From contig CAWGVS010000010.1 in NCBI GenBank assembly GCA_963826115.1, forward strand, positions 1 to 64,000: a stretch of 64,000 nt of DNA, given 5' to 3'. Positions within the stretch are counted from its first letter, which is position 1; the number at the start of each line of letters is the position of its first letter. The position numbers and the translations under genes are program-made. A model generated the notes under the pieces. That model worked only from the letters and a program-made list of their open reading frames with translations, had not been told where the DNA came from and did no database searches. This document shows, in pieces, positions 48,673-56,661 of the stretch. The stretch is from an uncultured Candidatus Rokubacteria bacterium (GTDB taxonomy: Bacteria > Methylomirabilota > Methylomirabilia > Rokubacteriales > DASRDR01).

Positions 48673-49136
48673 GATGCGCGGGCCGCCTTCGTCCCGCCGG
48701 CGGTCGCCCGGAACAGGAGGACGGGGACGGGCGAGGCCCGCAGCACCGCCTCCGCCACCGAGCCGAAGAGGAGGCGACCCACCCCCGAGCGTCCGTGGGT
48801 GGTCATCGCGATGAGATCGGCGCCGGCCGCGGCGGCGACGGCGACGATCTCGTCGGCGGCCCGCCCGAGCTGGAGGCGGCGCTGGACGCGCAGGCCCTTC
48901 TGCACCAGGCGTCGCTCGAGCGTGGCCAGGTACTGCTTGGCCTCCAGCTCCTGCACGAGCAGCGCGTCCGGCGCCACGATCCCGGCGCTCGCCATCACCT
49001 CGCCCGCCGACGGCCATTCGATCACGCGGAGGAGCACGACCTCCGCGTCGAGGGGACCGGCCACCTTCTCGACGAACGGGAGGATGGCTTCGGCCTGCTC
49101 GGACCCATCCAGCGGCACCAAGACGCGCGCGTACAT
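48669..49136 (-). CDS. universal stress protein
   Basis: RVLVPLDGS, DLIAMTTHGRSG...FGSVAEAVLR..PVPVL. Confidence 0.93.
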   Translation of the reverse strand: MYARVLVPLDGSEQAEAILPFVEKVAGPLDAEVVLLRVIEWPSAGEVMASAGIVAPDALLVQELEAKQYLATLERRLVQKGLRVQRRLQLGRAADEIVAVAAAAGADLIAMTTHGRSGVGRLLFGSVAEAVLRASPVPVLLFRATAGGTKAARAS

Positions 49137-49183
49137 GCTCGACCTCCGTCGCGCCCGCCCCGACGGTCGCGGGCGTCCTGTCG

Positions 49184-49199
49184 TGCAACCGGAGTGCCG
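49184..49199 (-). promoter_or_regulatory. sigma-54 promoter for the usp pair
   Basis: Minus strand CGGCACTCCGGTTGCA, 48 bp upstream of the ATG at 49136. Confidence 0.6.
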
Positions 49200-49236
49200 G
49201 CAGGGAGGCGGGGAGAACTCCGCGACTTTCCGCGCG

Positions 49237-50568
49237 TCAGCGCGGACGGGCGACCTGGCGGACCGGCGCGCGGGGTGGGGCGGGCGTGACCCGGTCCGGG
49301 CGCAACCGCCCCACGAGGAGGCCGACGACCGCCAGGGCGGCGGTGGCGGCGAGGCTTGGCAAGCCGGTGTGAAGGAGGAGCCACCCGCAGAGCGCGACCG
49401 CCAGGAGCGGCAGCGCGAGGTCCATGGCGCGCCGGGCGCGCGTCCCGCCGGCCACCCGACGCGCCGCGAGCCACGGCAGGCTCAGGTTCACGAGGACGAA
49501 GCTCGCCAGGACCGCGCCGTCGGTGAGACTCGCGGCCCGCGCGAGATCGCCGATGAGGACGAGGGCGACCGTGACCGCGAGGACGGCGAGCGTTGCGCAC
49601 AACGGCACGCGGCGGCCGCCGATGCGCCCGAGGGCCGCCGGCAGCACGCCGGCCGCGGCCATGCCGTGGACGGAGCGGGCCGCCGCGACGAGGAGGAGCA
49701 GGACGGTGTTCCCGGTCGCGGCCAGCGCGACCACGCTGATGGCGGCGTCCGCCCGGTCGCCTAGGACCTGCTGGGCGACGAGGGCGAGCGGCGCGGCGGA
49801 GGCGGCGAGGTCACGCCATGGGACCGCCGCCGTCGCCGAGAGGGCCACCAGGACGTAGATCAGCGTGGCGCCGACCATCGAGACGGCGAGCGCCCGCGGC
49901 AGGTCCCGTTCGGGCCGCTCCATCTCCTCGGCGAGGTTTCCCAGCTCGTCGAAGCCGAGGTAGGCGAAGAAGATGAGCGCGGCCGCCGCGGACAGGCCGC
50001 CGAAGCCCTCGGGCGCGTCCAAATAGTCGAGACGGGGCCAGCCGGGCAGCCCGATCACGATCACGAACAGGAGGCCCGCCGCCTCCACCAGGGTCAGCGC
50101 GAGCGCGAGGCCGATCGACTCCCCGATGCCGACGAGCACGACGAGCCCCGAGACCAGGACGACGCCGACGGCGCTCGCCACGACGGGAGTCCCGACGAGG
50201 TGCGCGAGGTAGCCGCCGAATCCGAGCGCGACCGTCGCGATCGCGAGGAGGTCGGCGATCAGCATGAGCCAGCCCGCGACGAACCCGACCCGCGGCCCGA
50301 ACGCGAGCGACGTGTACTGGAACTCGGGGGAGTTCTTCGGCCGGAGCGAGCCGAGCCGGGCGTACGAGTAGGCGGTGAGGCCCGCGGCGGCGCCCGCGAG
50401 GACGAAGGCGAGCCACAGTGCGCCGCCCGCTCGCGCGGCGGCAGGGCCGATGAGCGCGTAGACACCGGCCCCGAGGATGACTCCGATCCCGGCGAGCGAG
50501 ACCTGCCACAGGCGGAGCGTCCGCCGGAGCGTGGGCCCGGAGGGCGCCGGCCCTGAGGCGGACGTCGT
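49237..50568 (-). CDS. APC-family amino acid permease; N-terminus has no canonical start (ACG 6 nt after AGGAG)
   Basis: The open frame extends ~100 codons upstream of the ATG at 50265 and encodes LRRTLRLWQVSLAGIGVILGAGVYALIG and YSYARL. Motif FFAYLGF..LGNLAEEM..PERDLPRA is present. Confidence 0.85.
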   Translation of the reverse strand, partial: TTSASGPAPSGPTLRRTLRLWQVSLAGIGVILGAGVYALIGPAAARAGGALWLAFVLAGAAAGLTAYSYARLGSLRPKNSPEFQYTSLAFGPRVGFVAGWLMLIADLLAIATVALGFGGYLAHLVGTPVVASAVGVVLVSGLVVLVGIGESIGLALALTLVEAAGLLFVIVIGLPGWPRLDYLDAPEGFGGLSAAAALIFFAYLGFDELGNLAEEMERPERDLPRALAVSMVGATLIYVLVALSATAAVPWRDLAASAAPLALVAQQVLGDRADAAISVVALAATGNTVLLLLVAAARSVHGMAAAGVLPAALGRIGGRRVPLCATLAVLAVTVALVLIGDLARAASLTDGAVLASFVLVNLSLPWLAARRVAGGTRARRAMDLALPLLAVALCGWLLLHTGLPSLAATAALAVVGLLVGRLRPDRVTPAPPRAPVRQVARPR

Positions 50569-50577
50569 GACGCGCTC

Positions 50578-51024
50578 CTACCGCCCGCGGACGGTGAGGA
50601 CCGGGCACGGCGCGGTGGCGACCACCCGCGCCGCCACGCTGCCGAGGATCATCCGCGTGAGCCCGGTGTGCCCGTGGGTGCCCATCACGATGAGGCCCGC
50701 CCGCTTGGCGCGCGCCGCGCGGACGATCCGCTCGGGCGGCACGCCCTCGAGCAGGAGCACGCCGGCTCGGACGCCGGCGGCCTTCGCTCGGAGAGCCATC
50801 TGGCGGAGCTGCTTCCGCGCCCGCGTCTGGAGGTCGGTCGCGATCTGGTCGTAGAGCTGGGGCGAGACGTACCCGTCCCCGACGTACGGGATGGCGGGGC
50901 TCAACACGTGGGCGATCACCAGCTGGGCGCGCGTCAGCCGGGCGAACTCGATGGCCCGGACGAAGGCCCGTCGGGACGGCCGAGAGAAATCCGAGGCGAA
51001 CAGAATGCGATGGATGCGCGGCAT
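50578..51024 (-). CDS. universal stress protein
   Basis: RILFASDFS, LIVMGTHGHTG...LGSVAARVVATAPCPVLTV. Confidence 0.93.
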   Translation of the reverse strand: MPRIHRILFASDFSRPSRRAFVRAIEFARLTRAQLVIAHVLSPAIPYVGDGYVSPQLYDQIATDLQTRARKQLRQMALRAKAAGVRAGVLLLEGVPPERIVRAARAKRAGLIVMGTHGHTGLTRMILGSVAARVVATAPCPVLTVRGR

Positions 51025-51042
51025 GTGGTTCTCCTCCCCGGC

Positions 51043-51246
51043 CTACCTCTCCGGGAGCCGGCCCTTCCGGCGGCCCCGCAGCACGCGGGGCCCCGCGGGG
51101 GCCTGGTACAGCGTGGTGTCCTTCCGGACCGCGACGTGCGCCGTCTTCCGGCGCCGCTGGACCCGCGCGGGCACGCGGACGTCCTCCGGCGGGCGGCCGG
51201 CCTTGGCCGATCGCGGACCTCGCACGGGCGGCTTCCCCTGACCCAT
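51043..51246 (-). CDS. small basic hypothetical protein
   Basis: Strong RBS AAGGAGAGG; 67 aa, Arg/Lys-rich; first gene of the usp operon. Confidence 0.55.
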   Translation of the reverse strand: MGQGKPPVRGPRSAKAGRPPEDVRVPARVQRRRKTAHVAVRKDTTLYQAPAGPRVLRGRRKGRLPER

Positions 51247-51491
51247 GGACCTCTCCTTCTAGTATCGTGCCAGTATCGCGCGCTGCGGGGTCGACCGGCC
51301 ACCCCCACGCCCGGCGGGACCCGGAGCCGAAGGGAGCGATCGGCGCGCCAGCGTCCAGGCCTGGGGAACTCGCGGGTTGGCTCGGGGTGCGAGCATCGTG
51401 ACGAGGCGCACGCTCCGCGACTGCCGCACGCCGCCCCGCCGGCCCTCGGGGCGCGGCCGCGCAGGCTCAGACGCGCTCGGCGGTCGACTCG

Positions 51492-51729
51492 ATGACGCTC
51501 GACCTGGTGGTCACCGATCTCCGGCTCCCGTGCGCCGACGGCCGCGCGGTCGGGCGGCGCGCGCTCGCGCGTCCCGCCGATTCCGGTGACCAGGATCGCC
51601 GCCTACGTCTCGACCTGGGCGCGGCGCGACGCCTGGCAGGCGAGCGTGGCCGCGTACCTGCCCAAGCCGTTCACCGACGCCGCCTTGCTCGACGTCGTCC
51701 GGCGCGTGCTGGCGCAGAAGATGGGCTGA
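51492..51729 (+). pseudogene. degenerate receiver-domain response regulator
   Basis: LDLVVTDLRLPCADG and AYLPKPFTDAALLDVVRRVL lie in different frames. Confidence 0.7.
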
Positions 51730-51839
51730 CGCCAGCGGCGCCCGCGCGCGCCGGGCGCGCCGGGCAGTATCATGTCGGAGCTGGCGCGTGGGCCTTGCGG
51801 GCGATCGGCCGGCGGCCCGGGCCGGGGAACGGGCGGGCG

Positions 51840-52264
51840 GTGAGCGACAAGCCTCGAATCCTCATCGTGGACGACGAGCCGGACTTCGGCGCCAACTGGC
51901 GTCGGGTGCTGGAGCGTGACGGCTACCCGTGCGCCACGGCGACCGACGGCGAGCGTGCGCTCACGCTCCTCGACTCGGAGCACCCGTGATCGAGCGGGCG
52001 TGCGTGCTGGCCGACGGCCCCCGCATCCGGGCGCGGGACCTGCCCGAGCACGTCCGGGGCCGGGCGCGCGCGACGCCGACCATCCCTGGCCGCGACCTCC
52101 CGCTTGCCGAGGCGCGCGAGGCCTGGCTCGGCGCCTTCGCGCAGGAGTACCTGACGGACCTCCTCCGCCGGCACGGGGGAACCATCTCGCGGGCGGCGAA
52201 GACCGCCGGCGTCGACCGGAAGACCCTCCACCGCCTGCTCGCCAAGCACCGGATCCGGCCCTGA
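51840..52264 (+). pseudogene. internally deleted NtrC-family sigma-54 response regulator (REC start joined to Fis-type HTH end)
   Basis: KPRILIVDDEP...DSEHP* abuts VIERACVLADG...GTISRAAKTAGVDRKTLHRLLAKH. The AAA+ domain (GAFTGA) is absent. Confidence 0.85.
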
Positions 52265-53322
52265 TGCCGGGGACCGGCCCCGCCGCGATGACACCGTCCT
52301 GGATGGAATCCGAGGTGCGGAGCCAGCCCGCGATGCTCGCGCGGCTCGCCGAGGACGCCGCTCCGCTGGTCGCGGAGCTCGGGCGGGCGATCGCGCGCCG
52401 GCGGCCGCGCTTCGCCGTCCTGGCGGCGCGCGGGTCGTCGGACCACGCGGCGATCTACGGCAAGTACCTCCTCGAGACCGAGGTGGGCCTGGTCGCGTCG
52501 CTGGCCGCGCCGTCCGTGTACTCGCTCTACGGCCGGAGCCCCGACGTGCGCGACGCGCTCGCCATCGGCATCTCCCAGTCGGGCCAGTCTCCCGACATCG
52601 TCGCGGCGATCGAGGGCGCCGGGCGCGCCGGCGCCCTCACTCTCGCGGTGACCAACGACGAGGCGTCGCCGCTCGCGCGGGTTGCCGACCTCGTGCTGCC
52701 GCTCCGGGTCGGCCCCGAGCGGAGCGTCGCCGCCACGAAGACGTTCACGTCGGAGCTGCTCGCCCTGTGGCTGCTCGTGACCGCCGTCACCGGAGCCGAC
52801 CCGGCCGCCGCCGCCCGCGTCGGCGGGCAGGTGGGCGACGCGCTGGCCGCGGCCGCGACCGCGCTCCCCGGGCTCGCGCTGGGCGAGGCCGCGAGCCCGG
52901 TCGTCGTGGTCGGCCGCGGCTACAGCTTCCCGATCGCGCTCGAGATCGCGCTGAAGCTCCGTGAGGTCGGCGTCCGGAACGCGCAGGGGTTCTCGGCCGC
53001 GGACCTGCTGCACGGCCACATCGCCGCCGTGCAGCCCGGCACGTGGGCGGTCCTCGTCGGCACCGCCGGGCCCACGCTCGCGAGCCTCGTCGATTGCGCG
53101 GCGGCGCTCCGGGCGCGAGGCGCCCGGACCGTCGCGATCAGCGACGCGCCCGAGCTCCTCGGGCCGGCGGACGTGGGTGTGCGGGTCGGGGCGACCGTCG
53201 AGAGTCTGGCCCCGCTGCCCATCACCGCGGCCGGCCAGTGGCTCACGATCCAGGACGCGGTCGCGCGAGGGTTGGATCCCGATCGGCCGCCCGGCCTCTC
53301 GAAGATCGTCCGCACGGTCTGA
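52264..53322 (+). CDS. SIS-domain protein (GlmS/GlmD-like sugar-phosphate isomerase/deaminase)
   Basis: ARGSSDHA, ISQSGQSPD, VTND..SPLA, ERSVAATKTF, EIALKLRE, LHGH. Confidence 0.9.
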   Translation: MPGTGPAAMTPSWMESEVRSQPAMLARLAEDAAPLVAELGRAIARRRPRFAVLAARGSSDHAAIYGKYLLETEVGLVASLAAPSVYSLYGRSPDVRDALAIGISQSGQSPDIVAAIEGAGRAGALTLAVTNDEASPLARVADLVLPLRVGPERSVAATKTFTSELLALWLLVTAVTGADPAAAARVGGQVGDALAAAATALPGLALGEAASPVVVVGRGYSFPIALEIALKLREVGVRNAQGFSAADLLHGHIAAVQPGTWAVLVGTAGPTLASLVDCAAALRARGARTVAISDAPELLGPADVGVRVGATVESLAPLPITAAGQWLTIQDAVARGLDPDRPPGLSKIVRTV

Positions 53323-53447
53323 CGGCTGCGGCCGGACGTCGGGCGGCGCCGCCCGGCGGGGCGGCTTGTCGAACGGGGCGCGGCCCTCTATCTTCGGGAG
53401 GCGCCCGCCGTCGGGCCGCCACTCACGCGAGGAGGCCGGACATCGCC

Positions 53448-54194
53448 ATGCTCGACCGCTTGCTCGAGACGCGCCGCACCCACCGGAAGGCCCCGCTGCC
53501 GTCGCCGCCCATCGCGCTGGATGCCGCCTATCGTCTCCAGGACCAGCTGCGGGAGGCGCTCGTGGCTCGCGGCGAGCGAGTCGTCGGATGGAAGACCGGC
53601 CTGACCAGCCGGGTTGTGCAGCAAACCATGGGCATCCACCACCCCGTCTCGGGCTTCCTCCTCGGCGACGGCGTCTACGCGAGCGGGGACCCGGTGCCGC
53701 TGTCGCGGTTCGCGGAGCTCGTGGTGGAGGCCGAGATCGCCTTCGTGATGAAGCGCGACCTGGCGGGGCCGGGCGTGACATCGGCGACCGCGCTGCTCGC
53801 CGTGGAGGGCGCGCTCCCCGCCCTCGAGCTGCCGGACCTCCGCTGGGACGGCAAGCCCACGGGCGGCGACCTCGTCGCCGACGGCGTGGCGGGGAACGCC
53901 ATCGTGCTCGGCCAGCCCCTCACGCCCGTGGTCGGGCTCGACCTCGCGCTCGAGGGCGTCGTGTACGAGATGAGCGGCCAGATCGTGGCGACCAACACGG
54001 CCGCCGAGGTCCTCGGCAATCCCCTGAACTCGCTCGCCTGGCTCGCCAACAACCTCGGGGAGCGCGGCCTGGGGCTCCGGGCCGGCGATCTCGTGATGAG
54101 CGGCTCGATCTGTCCCTTGCTGCGCCCGAAAGCGGGCGACGTCGTGACCGCGCGCTTCACCCGGCTCGGGTCGGTCAGCGCGCGCTTCGTGTGA
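53448..54194 (+). CDS. fumarylacetoacetate hydrolase family, 2-keto-4-pentenoate hydratase-like
   Basis: DAAYRLQ, VGWKTGLTS, VEAEIAF, VLGNPLNSLAWLAN, AGDLVMSGS. Confidence 0.9.
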   Translation: MLDRLLETRRTHRKAPLPSPPIALDAAYRLQDQLREALVARGERVVGWKTGLTSRVVQQTMGIHHPVSGFLLGDGVYASGDPVPLSRFAELVVEAEIAFVMKRDLAGPGVTSATALLAVEGALPALELPDLRWDGKPTGGDLVADGVAGNAIVLGQPLTPVVGLDLALEGVVYEMSGQIVATNTAAEVLGNPLNSLAWLANNLGERGLGLRAGDLVMSGSICPLLRPKAGDVVTARFTRLGSVSARFV

Positions 54195-54201
54195 GGAGAC
54201 G

Positions 54202-55047
54202 ATGAGAAAGCTACTGAACGCGGAGCAGGTCGAGCGCTACCAGCGGGACGGGATCCTGTTCCCGATTCCGGTCCTGTCACCCGAGGAGACCGCGCACTTC
54301 CGCGCGGCGTTCGAGGAGGTGGCGGCGCGCCTCGGCGGCCGGCCGGTGGCGCAGGAGCTTGGGCACGCGCACGCCCACTTCCGGTGGGCGTACGACCTGG
54401 CGACCCACCCGAGGATCGTGGACGCCGTCGAGGACGTCCTGGGGCCCGACGTGCTCGTGTGGACCGTCTCGATCTTCCCGAAGTACCCGCGGGACCCGGG
54501 GTTCATCTCCTGGCACCAGGACGGCACGTACTGGGGGCTCGACTCGACCCAGGTCACGACGGCCTGGGTGGCGCTGACCGACAGCAGCGTCGACAACGGC
54601 TGCATGCGAGTCGTCCCGGGGTCGCACCGCCGGGCCATCCTCCCGCACCGCGACACCTACGCGGCCGACAACCGCCTGAGCCGCGGGCAGGAGATCGCGG
54701 TCGCCGTGGAGGAGGCCGAGGCCGTCGACGTCGTCCTGCGCGCCGGGGAGATGTCCCTCCACCACGTGAACATCATCCATGGCTCGAATCCGAACCCGTC
54801 GGACCGCTCGCGGATCGGCTTCGCGCCCCGCTACACGACGCCGCGGACCCGCCAGATCGACGGGGAATCGCCGACCGCGGTGCTGGCGCGCGGGCGCGAT
54901 GACTACGGCCACTTCAAGCTCCTGCCCGAGCCGCCGGCGCTCGACCTCGAGGCGGCGCTGGCCACCCAGCAGGCCGCAGCGGCGCGGTTCCTGTCCGAGG
55001 TCCGCAAGACGCGCGGGCACTACGCGGCGGGAGAGCGCCCGGCCTGA
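54202..55047 (+). CDS. phytanoyl-CoA dioxygenase (PhyH) family Fe(II)/2OG oxygenase
   Basis: WHQD, TAWVAL, NGCMRVVPGSH, LRAGEMSLHH...HGS.PN...R. Confidence 0.92.
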   Translation: MRKLLNAEQVERYQRDGILFPIPVLSPEETAHFRAAFEEVAARLGGRPVAQELGHAHAHFRWAYDLATHPRIVDAVEDVLGPDVLVWTVSIFPKYPRDPGFISWHQDGTYWGLDSTQVTTAWVALTDSSVDNGCMRVVPGSHRRAILPHRDTYAADNRLSRGQEIAVAVEEAEAVDVVLRAGEMSLHHVNIIHGSNPNPSDRSRIGFAPRYTTPRTRQIDGESPTAVLARGRDDYGHFKLLPEPPALDLEAALATQQAAAARFLSEVRKTRGHYAAGERPA

Positions 55048-55131
55048 GACGTCCGGCGGGTCCGGGCTCCGCGTCGCCGGGCGCCCCTCGGACCCACTGT
55101 CGCCGGCCCGGGCCTGGTCGAGCCCGCCGCC

Positions 55132-55251
55132 TGCACAGTCCACTGTGCAGGGTGCACTGTGGACTGTGCACTCGTCGTAGCCCGTTGAATCTTAAGGCGC
55201 TCTGGCCCCCCCGTTCCCCCTAGCCCCGCGCCCTGCCCAGTGGGGAGTGCA
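55132..55251. promoter_or_regulatory. enhancer-like dyad array: TGCAC-N8-GTGCA at 55132-55149 and 55153-55170, third degenerate copy at 55234-55251
   Basis: Dyads with a 21-bp period; a near-identical copy lies at 60382-60420; 160 bp upstream of a -24/-12 box. Confidence 0.7.
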
Positions 55252-55329
55252 CCGGCCCCCCCGATCCCTGAGCCGTGGTGTGCCCTCCAACTCCGCGTCG
55301 TCATGGGCGCGCGCCCTTCGTCGCCGGAC

Positions 55330-55345
55330 CGGCACGGGCCGTGCA
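55330..55345 (+). promoter_or_regulatory. sigma-54 promoter of the FN3/Lrp/S8/MBL operon
   Basis: CGGCACGGGCCGTGCA with exact GG-N10-GC spacing; same upstream layout as the promoter at 60569. Confidence 0.55.
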
Positions 55346-55437
55346 CCCCGGGGCTCCCGCGGGACCGGATCCAGGCGTCGTCGCGGCGCCGGGATCGCCT
55401 GCTGTCGGAGGCCACGCACGCGGCGAGGAGGCCGAGC

Positions 55438-56346
55438 ATGGGCTGGCTCGACGATCTGAGGAAGTGGCTGGGCAGCGGGGAGCGGCCGGCGCCGAACGGA
55501 TCGCCCGCGCCGCCACCCGCATTCACGGTCGGCCCACGCCCCTTCGGGGTGGGCCGGGACGTCGCCGGCGTCGAGTGGCAGACCGACAAGCGCACGAGCG
55601 CGCTGGTGCGCTATCGCGCCGCGGGCGCGGAGCCGTGGAGCGAGGTGGTCGACGAGAGCCGCCAGCGCGACCACCAGCGCACGCTGTCGCCGCTGACGCC
55701 GGACACGGAGTACCAGGTCGAGGTGACCGCGACCGTGCCACAGCGCGGCGGCGGCATGGTGTCGCGGACGATCACGCTCCGGACCCTGCCCGTGGCCGCG
55801 CCTCCCCCCCCGCCACCCGACCACGTCCCGCCGTCTCCGCCGCCCGACGACGGCGGCGAGCCCATCCCGCATCCGCCCATGACCGTGAGCGTGCTCGCGG
55901 AGCAGGCGGTGTGGCTCCCGGGCACGCTCACCCGGGTCGATCCGGCCTTCGCGTCGTGGCTCCGGCGCACCTGTGTCGGCGGCGCGACTCGGCTCGTGCT
56001 CGCCGATCTCGGCCAGATCCCCGGCCGGATGCGCCAGGCCGGCTTCCGGGGTCGGGACAACGCGCTCTGGTACACCCTGTCGCGCTCCTACGCGGAGTGG
56101 AACTGGCACGGGGACCCGCACGACCCCGACCGCCACCTGAGCGACCAGCGGCGGGAGCTCCACGACTTCTGGTCGAACTACATCGACGCCGTGCTCGCGG
56201 CCATGACGGCCGCGCCCCAGACGACCGCGCTCATCCTCGACAACGATGGCCCCGACCGCTGCGGCAAGGAGCTGGGGGAGTACACACAGCGCCAGATGCG
56301 CAACGCGGCCGGGCGCGTCGAGCTGGGCCGCTTCCACCACGACTGA
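55438..56346 (+). CDS. hypothetical protein: FN3-like domain, Pro-rich linker and unknown C-terminal domain
   Basis: VEWQTDKRTSALVRY...H.RTLSPLTPDTEYQVEV...LRT fits an FN3 pattern; PPPPPPDHVPPSPPP linker; GAGGAGG RBS. Confidence 0.75.
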   Translation: MGWLDDLRKWLGSGERPAPNGSPAPPPAFTVGPRPFGVGRDVAGVEWQTDKRTSALVRYRAAGAEPWSEVVDESRQRDHQRTLSPLTPDTEYQVEVTATVPQRGGGMVSRTITLRTLPVAAPPPPPPDHVPPSPPPDDGGEPIPHPPMTVSVLAEQAVWLPGTLTRVDPAFASWLRRTCVGGATRLVLADLGQIPGRMRQAGFRGRDNALWYTLSRSYAEWNWHGDPHDPDRHLSDQRRELHDFWSNYIDAVLAAMTAAPQTTALILDNDGPDRCGKELGEYTQRQMRNAAGRVELGRFHHD

Positions 56347-56386
56347 CCGCGCGGCCGCGGGCGCGGCCGCCACGGAGGGCGATCGG

Positions 56387-56629
56387 ATGGTGCGCGCCTA
56401 TCTCCTCGTCGAAGCCGATCCGGCCGGGGCCACGAACCTCCTGGCGCGCGTGCGGAGCGTGAGCCTGGGCAACTGCCTCCTGCTCGCCGAGGAGCTGATG
56501 CCCGGCGAGATCATCGCGCATCTGCACTGCACCGAGCGGGCGGACGTCACCCGGGCCGTCGTCGAGGACATCGCCCGGCTCGACGGTGTCCGGCGCACCA
56601 CGCTCCTGCTCCTGACGGACCAGGGGTAG
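56387..56629 (+). CDS. stand-alone Lrp/AsnC ligand-binding (RAM)-like domain protein
   Basis: MVRAYLLVEADP...IARLDGVRRTT.L; GGAGG RBS. Confidence 0.65.
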   Translation: MVRAYLLVEADPAGATNLLARVRSVSLGNCLLLAEELMPGEIIAHLHCTERADVTRAVVEDIARLDGVRRTTLLLLTDQG

Positions 56630-56661
56630 CGTCTCCCGCGCGCCACCCGGGAAGGGCGACC

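Noticed and set aside
51257-51272. TGGCACGATACTAGA (minus strand) as a sigma-54 promoter
   Set aside because: The -12 GC is missing and the site abuts the RBS.
55132-55170. Hairpin as an intrinsic terminator or CRISPR repeat
   Set aside because: No U-tract, no spacers and no cas genes. The second copy at 60382 cannot form the same long hairpin.
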